DNA of 46,641 nucleotides from Candidatus Hodarchaeota archaeon (GTDB lineage Archaea; Asgardarchaeota; Heimdallarchaeia; Hodarchaeales; Hodarchaeaceae): positions 1-46,641 of the forward strand of contig JAEOTQ010000045.1 in the NCBI GenBank assembly GCA_016839785.1, in the 5' to 3' direction. The translations under genes were made by a program, and so were the position numbers. Shown one piece after another: positions 19,584-29,194 of this stretch; the stretch's first letter is position 1, and each line of letters starts with the position of its first letter. The notes under the pieces were generated by a model. It made no database searches and had not been told where the DNA came from. It saw only the letters and a list, made by a program, of their open reading frames with translations.

Positions 19584-20621
19584 TTGAGTATGAAAGTCGA
19601 CCCTAATTGGTTTCTCTTTGTTGAAGAAAAAGAAATACGATGGAGTTTTGGAAACCCTGATGAGGAATTTAAAAGTTTCGTTATTAATTTTCTCACCGGA
19701 TTAGCTCAAATTGGCGAAGAAATATTTGGAGAAAATGGTGTTGCATCGATTGAGTTTGATTTAAAGAAGAAATCTCAAGTTCTCTCTTCAGAGATTTTTA
19801 TTGTCAATTTGTCTAATAAATTCTATATTATAATGTCAGATCCAAGCACAACTATGAAGATGGTTAACCAACAGGGTGGAATAGCACATGAGGTAGAGGA
19901 AATCCTATCTGCCGTATTAGTCGGACAAGCAGCAATTCTTTATGCAACTAGTATATCAGAAGTCTCTTCAGATGAGAGTATAAAAATAGAGAAAGTTTGG
20001 CAAGACATAATTCTTGATATTTCAGATAAATATTCCGAGGATATAAATCAGATAATCTCTGCAAACTCATCCAACTTTTCTAGACTTGCTTTCGAAGATC
20101 TGTTGTTTCTACACTATCATTTAAGAAAACGACCAGAATTGGTTAAGATAATTTCTCCCAAAGGATGGAGTCTAGTGTCTCATTATAGTGGAAGTGCTAT
20201 CCCACTAGAGCATAACATGGAATGGGATTCAGTTGTTCTAGCGGGTTATCTAGGAATAATTATCTCATTTATAATGGCATTATTTAATTCTAAACCGAAA
20301 AATTTATCCTTTGGGACACATTCTGTCCAAACTTTATGTTTTATCAATGGAAAAGATGATTATTTTATTGCAATTGATTCTCCATTTACTCAGTTAATTC
20401 TGGATCCGATTTTTCAAACAAAATTCTTCTCACTCCAAGAAGAAGTTATTAGTGACCTACAAGATGCTCTTCGTAAACGTATTATTGAAGAAATATTAGC
20501 TGCGAACGCAGAAGAGTTGGAAAAGCAAAATTTAACCTCGTTGCTACAAGATAGTGTTCTTTCAAGGAAAACTCTCTTTGAGCGATTATTTTCTCGTAAG
20601 AAACGACTTAACTTTCGGTAA
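19584..20621 (+). CDS. Probable tandem longin-domain protein (eukaryotic signature protein candidate)
   Basis: Two segments fit the longin helix-strand pattern: INFLTGLAQIGEEIFGENGVASIEF and DSVVLAGYLGIIISFIMALFNSKPKNLSFG. Probable ATG at 19590. Confidence 0.55.
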   Translation: MSMKVDPNWFLFVEEKEIRWSFGNPDEEFKSFVINFLTGLAQIGEEIFGENGVASIEFDLKKKSQVLSSEIFIVNLSNKFYIIMSDPSTTMKMVNQQGGIAHEVEEILSAVLVGQAAILYATSISEVSSDESIKIEKVWQDIILDISDKYSEDINQIISANSSNFSRLAFEDLLFLHYHLRKRPELVKIISPKGWSLVSHYSGSAIPLEHNMEWDSVVLAGYLGIIISFIMALFNSKPKNLSFGTHSVQTLCFINGKDDYFIAIDSPFTQLILDPIFQTKFFSLQEEVISDLQDALRKRIIEEILAANAEELEKQNLTSLLQDSVLSRKTLFERLFSRKKRLNFR

Positions 20622-20708
20622 GGAATTCAAAACGAGTTCGCTACAAACACAAACTTTTTGAATATTAGAGCCTGTTATGGGTTGTCTAATATCTGATGGT
20701 AGATTAAA

Positions 20709-20957
20709 ATGGCAGAAAAAATAGGTGAAATCGAGAATTTTTTCTCAAAAATTAGTGTATGTGTTTTACACGTTACGAACGGTGAATTGGCCTTAAACGA
20801 CTCAATCATGATAAAAGGGTCAACAACTGATATTTCAATGACTGTAAAATCTATGCAAATTGATAGAAAGGATGTAGAGCTAGTTAAAGCTGGAGAAAAG
20901 GTTGGTTTACAGGTTCCAGATCGAGTTCGACCTGGAGATGAGGTATTCAAAGAATAA
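20709..20957 (+). CDS. Small translation elongation factor domain-2-like beta-barrel protein
   Basis: IGEIENFFSKISV, IKGSTTD, VKSMQID, AGEKVG, RVRPGDEVF. Confidence 0.82.
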   Translation: MAEKIGEIENFFSKISVCVLHVTNGELALNDSIMIKGSTTDISMTVKSMQIDRKDVELVKAGEKVGLQVPDRVRPGDEVFKE

Positions 20958-21180
20958 ACATATCATTTTTTTATGATTTCTTGATTCAGAGGTACCTAGA
21001 AGTTTATACATCTATCCTTCCTGAAAAACTGAGTGGACTTCTCAAGTTTAGTGTAATCTATTTCATTCAATTTATATAATAGAGTATAGCTTGAATAAAA
21101 CACTTAACAATTAAAACTCTCTAAGAATCTTTTAGATACTGAAAAAAGGTTTTACCTTCCTCTGGATCCAATTCAAGGCT

Positions 21181-23568
21181 GTGAAGAAAATTTCTCAACC
21201 TACAATCATTGCAAAAGATCTGAAACCTGCCGAAATTCTCTGCCTTGACGACGATGAATGGTTTTTGCGTTTATTAGTTAAAAAATTCCAATCTGTTGAT
21301 CCAAATTTCAAAATAACAACTGCAATGAGTGTAGAAGAAGCCTTAGGTTACATACAGGAACAAACATTTGACTGTATTTTATGTGATCATAAACTTCCTG
21401 GAACTATATCAATTCATGGAAAAATCTTTCCTTCTGATGGAATCAATGTTATGCGGAAGTTCAAAGACGAATTAGAAATCGATTCACCATTTATCTTTGT
21501 GACAGGCCAAGGATCGGAAGAGATAGCTTCCCAAGCTTTACAGCTAGGTGCTGCTGGGTACTTCATTAAACGTGTCCAACCTGGATACTACAGTCTTATG
21601 GCAACATCAATCCGTCAAATTATTGATCGATACTGGTTACGCCGTGAATTAAAGGAATCTGAATTCCGTTATAAAGATTTATTTGAAAATGCTACTGGGT
21701 TGATCCTAATTTTTGATACAGAAGGAAATTTACAGGAATCAAATCAGAATTTCTATACAATGTTTGGTTACAAAACTGGTGAGGATTTAACCTATTCTCA
21801 AATTGCATATTCGGATGATTTCGAAAAATGGCAGAGTATGATTGAGTTTATAACCCAGGGGAATAATCAAATTCAATTATTAAGAGCTATTACTGCAGAT
21901 AATTCTGTACTTCATCTTGATATCCATGCTCGTCCAATATGGGATCAAAGGAGAAAAGAAATCACAGGCATACAAGCCATTGCTCGTGATATATCAGATC
22001 AAGTTAAAACCCAGCAAGCTCTTATAGATTCGGAGGAGAAGCATAGAAAGATAGTAGAAGGATCAATTGATGCAATTATTTTTGTTGATATACAAGGAGA
22101 AGTAATCGATTGGAATCCTGCTGCAACACTAATAACTGGAATCGATCCAAAGGATGCTGTGGGAAAAAAGTTTGAAGAGATTTTACAATCATTAAAACCT
22201 TCACAAGTAAATGATCCTGAATCTATAGAGGTTGATCCATCAGTTATTCGAAGAGAATACGAAAGGTTATTCGAGTCGGAATTTGCACTCCAGACTCCAA
22301 AAATGATTGAATTTAGTTTAGAAAATATTAAAACAGGAAAAAGACATATTATTGAGACTGTTGGTTTCATTGTTGAACACTCAAAGGGGAATCGTGTTGC
22401 CATTGTTATGCGTGATGTTACTGAACGTCGTGTTGCAGAGGCAGAAAGTCGATCTTTTGCTCAACGATTCCAAATATTAATTGAGCAAACAGCCATCGGA
22501 GTGTGGGTAACTGATCTTACTGAAACCACGACTTACGTTAATGAAAGTGTTGCACAGATTCTTGGGTATAGCAAACGCGAAATTATTGGAGCTTCAGTAT
22601 TGGATTTCGCCACACCTGAAAGTGCAGAAATTATAAGAATCAAGACAAAAAGTAGATTTACACAGGTATCTGTGAATGACACCTATGAACTACAATTCTT
22701 TCATAGAAATGGTAAATTAATTACGACACTTGTAACCGCTGCAGCAATCTATGATGAGAGTGGGAACTTACAAGAAACATATGGACTAATTCGCGATGTT
22801 ACAGCAGAACGGGAACGAGAAGAGGAACTAAAGCGGACGAAAGAATACTTAGAATCAGTTATCGCATCTATGCCGTCAGGAGTGTATTCGTACGATCTAG
22901 ATCAAAAGATAAGTATGGCAAACCCCCGTTTAGCTGAAATCCTGAGGTACACTTCAAAAAATGAATTGATAGGCAAATCAATTTTCGATTTATTTCCCTC
23001 TCGAGAGCATGCTAGGGTTAGAAAATATGTAAAGGAAAGGATGACGGGTCAACCATCAAAAGAGTATATTCCAATCAATTATCTTACAAGACTGGGAAAA
23101 GAAGTGATAACATCTATTACATCTATTCCGTTAATAATTGATGGCAAAGTTGAGGGAGCAGTTGTGACAGTCTCAGATTTAACTGAACAAAGACAAATTG
23201 AGGAGTATGTACATAAAATTTCCCACGAATACCGGGTATTACTGGAAAAATTACCTGGGGGAGTGTTAAAAATTAATAACTTAGGGCAAGTGATAACATA
23301 CACCGAAAAAGCAGTTGATTTATTAAAGTTCACGAATATAACTGACTTAGGAACCCTGAATCTTTTAGAATATCATCCATTTAAAGAAGCAGGGATTACT
23401 GACAAATTTCGGAACTTACTTTATCAAAAAACCGAAGAAGAAATAATTAAAGTGGAACTCACGGATGATACGGGTAAGACACATTCATTGAATTTTCATA
23501 TCTTTCCAGTAAAAGATCAATATATGGAAAATCTCTCTTGGTTCGTAGTAATAGATGAAACGAATTAA
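21181..23568 (+). CDS. Response regulator receiver fused to about five PAS domains, with no output domain
   Basis: REC: LDDD, ILCDHKLP, FVTG, YFIK. PAS units end ARDIS, MRDVT, IRDVT, VSDLT, plus a final PAS-like unit. No H-box. Confidence 0.85.
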   Translation: MKKISQPTIIAKDLKPAEILCLDDDEWFLRLLVKKFQSVDPNFKITTAMSVEEALGYIQEQTFDCILCDHKLPGTISIHGKIFPSDGINVMRKFKDELEIDSPFIFVTGQGSEEIASQALQLGAAGYFIKRVQPGYYSLMATSIRQIIDRYWLRRELKESEFRYKDLFENATGLILIFDTEGNLQESNQNFYTMFGYKTGEDLTYSQIAYSDDFEKWQSMIEFITQGNNQIQLLRAITADNSVLHLDIHARPIWDQRRKEITGIQAIARDISDQVKTQQALIDSEEKHRKIVEGSIDAIIFVDIQGEVIDWNPAATLITGIDPKDAVGKKFEEILQSLKPSQVNDPESIEVDPSVIRREYERLFESEFALQTPKMIEFSLENIKTGKRHIIETVGFIVEHSKGNRVAIVMRDVTERRVAEAESRSFAQRFQILIEQTAIGVWVTDLTETTTYVNESVAQILGYSKREIIGASVLDFATPESAEIIRIKTKSRFTQVSVNDTYELQFFHRNGKLITTLVTAAAIYDESGNLQETYGLIRDVTAEREREEELKRTKEYLESVIASMPSGVYSYDLDQKISMANPRLAEILRYTSKNELIGKSIFDLFPSREHARVRKYVKERMTGQPSKEYIPINYLTRLGKEVITSITSIPLIIDGKVEGAVVTVSDLTEQRQIEEYVHKISHEYRVLLEKLPGGVLKINNLGQVITYTEKAVDLLKFTNITDLGTLNLLEYHPFKEAGITDKFRNLLYQKTEEEIIKVELTDDTGKTHSLNFHIFPVKDQYMENLSWFVVIDETN

Positions 23569-24572
23569 ACTTCCAATTCAACAACTTCTCCAGTTTTAAT
23601 TCCCTTTCTAGCCGCTTCCACTAATTTAAGGGCATTAATGCCGTCATTGATTGTAACTAAAGGTTTACCATCACTTCTGATGCAATCGACCAGATTCCAC
23701 ATTTCGGAGAGCAACGGTTCACCATAAACTTTTATCTGCTCTCCATTAGAAAACGGAATACGAATAGCAGAAGCTTCTTTTTCTCCACGAGCAATTTCCA
23801 AACTTCTTAACTCAAGAATCTGAGTAAGTAGATTTGCACATAACGTACCTTTTGTACCTTCAATATCTATCGTCCTTAGCTTTCCAGCGTACTCACGACT
23901 CATTAAAAAGGTTACAATAAACTCTTCTTCTTGGGATGTTAAAACTATGATGCTAGAATTACCTATATCATTTAAGGTAAGGGCAGAAGCGAATAATTTC
24001 ATCTTACCCTTGGGAAATAACCGCATCGCAACATCAAAATCGTGTACACCAATATCCTCATATACATCCCCAATAGATCCAAGACGTGATTCAGCAACAG
24101 CTCCTCGTCTCTGGAATAATACTGAACGAGGTTTTCCTAAATCTCGTTTATCAAGTATTTCGATGATACGAGAAATAACAGGATTAAAAACTTCTATATG
24201 TCCAACAATAGTTTTAATGCTCTTTCCTTGAAGTTTGTTTTTTAATTCAAGTGCCTGCTCAACAGAGGTGGCAACAGGCTTTTCAATAAGAAGTCCTTTT
24301 AATAAAGGTAAGCGAGAGACGACTTCTAACGCAACATCTACATGAATATGAGTCGGTACTGCAATAATTACACCATTTGGTTTTCTTTCATTTGCTAGCT
24401 CTTCTATAGAAGAGAAACAAGGAACCTCAAACAGTTGTCCAACCTTTTCAGCAGTTTTAGTATTAGGTTCCACAATTGAATCTAGAAATCCCATTCTATG
24501 TAACAGTCGTGTATGTAACAGGCCCATTCTTCCCGTCCCTACAACAGTGATCCGAATTGATTCATTTGACAT
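23565..24572 (-). CDS. Gfo/Idh/MocA family oxidoreductase
   Basis: VVGTGRMG, AVPTHIH, IEKP, VGHIEVFNP, DIGVHDFD. Confidence 0.9.
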   Translation of the reverse strand: MSNESIRITVVGTGRMGLLHTRLLHRMGFLDSIVEPNTKTAEKVGQLFEVPCFSSIEELANERKPNGVIIAVPTHIHVDVALEVVSRLPLLKGLLIEKPVATSVEQALELKNKLQGKSIKTIVGHIEVFNPVISRIIEILDKRDLGKPRSVLFQRRGAVAESRLGSIGDVYEDIGVHDFDVAMRLFPKGKMKLFASALTLNDIGNSSIIVLTSQEEEFIVTFLMSREYAGKLRTIDIEGTKGTLCANLLTQILELRSLEIARGEKEASAIRIPFSNGEQIKVYGEPLLSEMWNLVDCIRSDGKPLVTINDGINALKLVEAARKGIKTGEVVELEV

Positions 24573-24608
24573 TTGTTTTTCACTCTACCAGCATTTTGAG
24601 AGATTATA

Positions 24609-26093
24609 TTAAGCTCGATTTGTTATTGGTTCCAGAATTGTGGGAACTTGCATAGAATAAAAAAATATTATCAGGATTACCATAAGCATAATGAAGTAAA
24701 CTACTATATTCCACTCTTTAAGCACCCGATCATAGAAATCACCTAATGGTAGGATTAAAATTAATGAAATCCAAATTGCTCCGAAAAAGAGGGTGATCGA
24801 ATGAATCATAAGGGAGCTATCCTGGAATAAAAACCCTGCAAATTCCCCAACTAGTCCCACTACCCCAATACTGACAATTGCAAGCAGAAAAGTAACCAGT
24901 ACGGTAAAGATTGATCCCCACGCAATACCCTTAACGAAAAAGCGATTTCTTAAACCTCGTTCCTCTGTGGTTTTGATATCCCCTAAACGTAAGATTATTG
25001 GACCACCACCAAAGTAAATCCATATTAAGTTGAAAATTACCGTAATAAGCACTCTTGATGAATCAAGTCGATATCTTACTTGATAGCCAGTTTTTCTGTA
25101 TACTAGAAATGTAGCTAGCCAGATAGGCATCATCAGCAAAGAAGTTAAAACAAATCCCGAAAAAATGCCCAAGACTACATCCAGAATTATGGGTAGTTCG
25201 TCATTTTGTGTTGTGAAGGAAATTGAACTACTATATACATTAAACCAGTAGAAATAAATCATTGTAACTAGTAAAAAAGATCCAGCATAGTTTAACAAAT
25301 TCTGGCGAGAGAAACCACCTAAATTTTTGTTCAAAATACTCAAGGTTGAACGGTTTGTTTGAACAACTGCAAACGAGCGTGAATGGGAGATAGTACTTTT
25401 AATTGGAAAAGACTTTGATGCCCCCTGTCTAATGATTGCTAACGGAATACTTGCTGGTTTTAATAATTGCGAGAGCTCTACTTGATATCCTTCAAAAGGT
25501 TCCTCAAGTAACAATGAACGTTTTGCTTTCCTCCCTAAATCTGTCGCTCCGCAGTGAACACAATATCCTGTATTTGGAGGATTTGGTTTCCAACAATGAT
25601 TACAAATAACAGATTGGGAACCTTCTCGAACTGAAGACTGTAGTCGAGCTCCACATAAATGACAAAAAGAATGTCCTGAAGGTATTTCCTGACGACATAA
25701 AGGGCAAAGTTGATTCTTGTCAATTTCCTCTGATTCAGAATCCAGTGATTTCCCACACTTTATGCAAAATACTGTTTTGGGAACTACTTCTTCACAATGT
25801 GGACATTTAATCTCACCAAATGGATGTTGCTTGCTAGGTTCTAAAATAAGGGTCATTTTTTGCCCACACGTAATACAAAAGTCTGTTTTAGGGACTTTAT
25901 TATTACAATGAGGACAAGTAACAAGGGTCGTATCCGTATTATCTGAATTCATTGGAGAGAAATGTCCTATTACGATTATTGGTTGTTTTCGTCTATCCAT
26001 AGACTTATTTAAAAAGGATGTTCTGTAAAAGCCACAACTATTCTTGTTTATTAAGGAATTCTTGCTGAGGTAATTTAAGTATTTTAGCTCCAA
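24609..26093 (-). CDS. Multi zinc-ribbon (DZR) membrane protein; true start probably ATG 26000 or 25952
   Basis: Eight CxxC motifs (four ribbons) followed by about 6 TMs. Confidence 0.8.
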   Translation of the reverse strand: MELKYLNYLSKNSLINKNSCGFYRTSFLNKSMDRRKQPIIVIGHFSPMNSDNTDTTLVTCPHCNNKVPKTDFCITCGQKMTLILEPSKQHPFGEIKCPHCEEVVPKTVFCIKCGKSLDSESEEIDKNQLCPLCRQEIPSGHSFCHLCGARLQSSVREGSQSVICNHCWKPNPPNTGYCVHCGATDLGRKAKRSLLLEEPFEGYQVELSQLLKPASIPLAIIRQGASKSFPIKSTISHSRSFAVVQTNRSTLSILNKNLGGFSRQNLLNYAGSFLLVTMIYFYWFNVYSSSISFTTQNDELPIILDVVLGIFSGFVLTSLLMMPIWLATFLVYRKTGYQVRYRLDSSRVLITVIFNLIWIYFGGGPIILRLGDIKTTEERGLRNRFFVKGIAWGSIFTVLVTFLLAIVSIGVVGLVGEFAGFLFQDSSLMIHSITLFFGAIWISLILILPLGDFYDRVLKEWNIVVYFIMLMVILIIFFYSMQVPTILEPITNRA

Positions 26094-26536
26094 AAGATAC
26101 TGATTGCTCCAAGTAGGAGAATTAGTAGCTCAAAGATTTGCACTTGTGGTTTCTGATAATAGTTCCTAATAGAAGTTTTGGGACTTGACTCACTCAATAT
26201 CTCCTCTGGATCAAAATTGAGTAAAGAAAAGCGATAGGCAGAAAAAGGAGCAAAAATAAGTACGTTCCAATCAAAAATATCGCTAATAACATGAATAAAT
26301 CCACCTAGAAAAAACCAATAGATATCTGATCTAAAAATTAGTGCAATTATAGCAAAAAAAAGCCAGGTTATCGGATAGTGGGAGAAATAAGTTCGATGGT
26401 TCTTTTTTTGTAGAAATCCTAGAATTATGTCAGTATCTGGGAGAACGCAGCCGAGAATTAAAAGTAAATTCAAAGAGAAATTCATATGGAGAATATTCGC
26501 GATGATAAATCCTATTATTAGGTGAATATGAGGCAT
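26084..26536 (-). CDS. Membrane-bound metal-dependent hydrolase (YdjM-like)
   Basis: MPHIH, LPDTD, HRTYFSH, HVISD motifs. Start trimmed from 26614 to ATG 26536. Confidence 0.78.
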   Translation of the reverse strand: MPHIHLIIGFIIANILHMNFSLNLLLILGCVLPDTDIILGFLQKKNHRTYFSHYPITWLFFAIIALIFRSDIYWFFLGGFIHVISDIFDWNVLIFAPFSAYRFSLLNFDPEEILSESSPKTSIRNYYQKPQVQIFELLILLLGAISIFWS

Positions 26537-26663
26537 CAAATTGCATACCAGTTGTAGATATTTGTAACGACATAGATTAATGGAGTTTATATTACGCATA
26601 CAATTTAAAAACAAGTGACCAACTTTGGTCTTTCGATCAAATACGTTTTGGGATAAGAGAGCT

Positions 26664-27047
26664 ATGCCCTACCGTCAACCTTTACAAAAACTCCTTGATG
26701 AAGAAAAAATTCTTGGAGTAGTGATTTTTGACCCTTCGGGCAATGATTGGTGGCATACTGGATCATTTCCACAAGCAAATGACAGACTTTTAGATGGATA
26801 CTATTTAATTCATGAATGGGTTACTTACCCTTCATCTGCTATAATTGCAGGAGTAAAATACCTCACATTACTTAATGCATATCCAGATTACTGGTTGTTA
26901 ACAAATATGCAAGGCCAGGGATCCTTAATCCTCCAAAAAGCTCCAAATGAGTTTTATTTTTTTTGCTATCTGGATGAGTCCATTAATCCACCCGACATCC
27001 AGAAAGAAGTAAAAAAGATTGCTGATCTCTTCGCTCAAGGCGTTTAA
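26664..27047 (+). CDS. Asgard-type profilin (alternative TTG start at 26625)
   Basis: ILGVVIFDPSG, PSSAIIAGVKY, LLTNMQGQGSLIL and FFCY...PPDIQKEVKKIADLF follow the Lokiarchaeal profilin pattern (GIAII, SIQGIKY, TNITGKGHVL). About 127 aa. Confidence 0.82.
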   Translation: MPYRQPLQKLLDEEKILGVVIFDPSGNDWWHTGSFPQANDRLLDGYYLIHEWVTYPSSAIIAGVKYLTLLNAYPDYWLLTNMQGQGSLILQKAPNEFYFFCYLDESINPPDIQKEVKKIADLFAQGV

Positions 27048-27057
27048 GGGATTAACT

Positions 27058-28467
27058 ATGTCATCAGGAAAAGATTATTCTAGTTTAAGCCATATATTTC
27101 GAGCATACGATGTACGTGGTGTTTATAACAAGGAAATTACCGCTGCAGTACATTATCGGATTGGTCTGGCATTTGGAACTTTCTTACAAACAAATCAAGG
27201 ATTTAAATCGGGAGAGGATTTTATCTTTACAGCTTATGATGTTCGGCTGACAAGTTCACTATTGGCTCAAGCGTTTGCTGCAGGAGTTATGACTACTGGA
27301 ATAAATATTGAGTATTCTGGAGAACCTCTACAGTTTGGAGCTTGTATGTTTACTGCTTGGAAGCAAAATGCATTTGCTACAGCATTTGTAACAGCTTCGC
27401 ACCTTCCTCCTGAATGGAATGGCGTGAAATTTTACTATGGTAATGGAGTGGGGTTTTCTGAAGAAGATAATATGAAAATTCGTGACATTTTTATTGAAGG
27501 TGATTTTCTACAACCACCATGGACAAACGTAGGGCAGATGACTCGTTTAAACCTCAAAAATGAATATCGTGAGTATTTAAGCGAAAAGTTCACATTAAAA
27601 AGGCCCTTAAAAGTCATTGTTGATTGTGGAAACGGTTCTTCATGTTTATCAGCCCCAGAAGTTTTAAAGGCCATCGGTCTAGAGGTAGTACCTTTATACT
27701 GCAGTGTAGATCCAACATTCCCTAATAGGTCTTCTGAACCCAATGAAGAAACGCTAACTGAGTTATCAAAACTTGTCATCAAAGAAGAAGCTGATTTCGG
27801 GGTGGGTTTTGACGGCGATGGTGATCGTGCCGTTATTTGCGATAATACTGGACGTGTCTTACTCGCTGATATTACTGGACTTATTCTCGCAAAATACATG
27901 CGTACTGTTTTTCCAGACAAAACACGAATCTTAGCCAATGTTGAATGTTCGCTTGCACTAGAAAAATCTCTCGCAAAACCAGCAGTTATTGATCGAATCA
28001 AAGTCGGCCATACTTTCCTCACTGCGGATGCACAAGAAAAAACTGATACATTATTAGGAATTGAAAGCTCTGGGCATATGGTTTTTCCGCATATTTACCT
28101 ATTTGATGATGCAATGATTATTCCAATGATAATGGCGGAATTGTTATCAGCTCAAAATGTTAAACTCTCTGAATTAGTAGACCAATTACCAACATTATAC
28201 AAACGTCGAGTAGCTGTCCCTGCACCAGATAAAGTTAAATTTAAAGCAATATCAAGCTTATTAAAAGACATTAAATCGTCATACAAGGATGTTACAGATA
28301 TTGATGGGATAGGAATTTCCTTTGGTCTTGAATCCTGGGTATTAATTCGTGCAAGTAATACTGGACCGAAGATTCGTATCACTGTAGAAGCTGAATCAGC
28401 AAAGAAAGCAGATGAATTACAAGTTCAATTCCAGCAATTACTAGAAGAAAAACTGAAGAAAATTTGA
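27058..28467 (+). CDS. Phosphomannomutase/phosphoglucomutase
   Basis: IFRAYDVRG, TASHLPPEWNG (phosphoserine), FDGDGDR, GIESSGH, IRASNTGP. Confidence 0.92.
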   Translation: MSSGKDYSSLSHIFRAYDVRGVYNKEITAAVHYRIGLAFGTFLQTNQGFKSGEDFIFTAYDVRLTSSLLAQAFAAGVMTTGINIEYSGEPLQFGACMFTAWKQNAFATAFVTASHLPPEWNGVKFYYGNGVGFSEEDNMKIRDIFIEGDFLQPPWTNVGQMTRLNLKNEYREYLSEKFTLKRPLKVIVDCGNGSSCLSAPEVLKAIGLEVVPLYCSVDPTFPNRSSEPNEETLTELSKLVIKEEADFGVGFDGDGDRAVICDNTGRVLLADITGLILAKYMRTVFPDKTRILANVECSLALEKSLAKPAVIDRIKVGHTFLTADAQEKTDTLLGIESSGHMVFPHIYLFDDAMIIPMIMAELLSAQNVKLSELVDQLPTLYKRRVAVPAPDKVKFKAISSLLKDIKSSYKDVTDIDGIGISFGLESWVLIRASNTGPKIRITVEAESAKKADELQVQFQQLLEEKLKKI

Positions 28468-28491
28468 TAGCATTAGAATAATGTGGTTAAA

Positions 28492-29190
28492 ATGACAGAA
28501 AGAATTGGTTTGATCGGTGGCACGGGCCCATTGGGACAAGGATTAGCTTTACGCTGGGGATTAGCGGGAGAATCTGTTATTATGGGATCAAGACTGCAGG
28601 AAAAAGCAGATAAAATATCTCTTGAGATCAATACGAAATTGGGTAGAAAATTAATCTTACCACTAACAAACGAGAATTGCATACAAGAATCAGATATAAT
28701 ACTCATCTCTACTCCATTTAAGTTCATGATAGAAACTTTGGAACCCTTAATTCCTCATTTAACGGAAGAAAAAATTCTCGTAGATGTAACTGTTCCTCTG
28801 AAACCATTTGAAAAGGGAAAAATGGTTGAAACTCTACCTCCCTCAGACTTGAATGCACAAAGTGCAACTGAACTCTTACGAAAAGTCATACCACCTAAAA
28901 TTCCAGTAGTAGGCGCATTCAAGACCCTTTCAAATTCTACATTACGTGATATAGATAGAATCCCAACCTTAGAACAAGATGTATTTATCTTTGGTAAAGA
29001 TAAAGTAGCTAAGAATAGAGTAAAAGAAAAAGCTCAAAAAATTAGAAATCTTCGTCCAGTCGATGCTGGAGGAACTCTATCTGCTAGACATGTAGAAAGA
29101 TTTACAGCTTTTCTTATTGGTCTTAACCGTAGATATAAAACGCATGATTCAGGAATAAAAGTATCTGGATTGCCTCATCGAGAATGGTAA
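28492..29190 (+). CDS. npdG: NADPH-dependent F420 reductase (F420H2:NADP+ oxidoreductase)
   Basis: IGGTGPLGQGLALRW, GSR, VDVTVPL, VVGAFKTLS, RPVDAGG, TAFLIGLNRRY. Confidence 0.85.
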   Translation: MTERIGLIGGTGPLGQGLALRWGLAGESVIMGSRLQEKADKISLEINTKLGRKLILPLTNENCIQESDIILISTPFKFMIETLEPLIPHLTEEKILVDVTVPLKPFEKGKMVETLPPSDLNAQSATELLRKVIPPKIPVVGAFKTLSNSTLRDIDRIPTLEQDVFIFGKDKVAKNRVKEKAQKIRNLRPVDAGGTLSARHVERFTAFLIGLNRRYKTHDSGIKVSGLPHREW

Positions 29191-29194
29191 GCCA

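Noticed and set aside
27435-28022. 195-aa minus-strand ORF
   Set aside because: Fully antisense to the conserved PMM/PGM gene, with no motifs.
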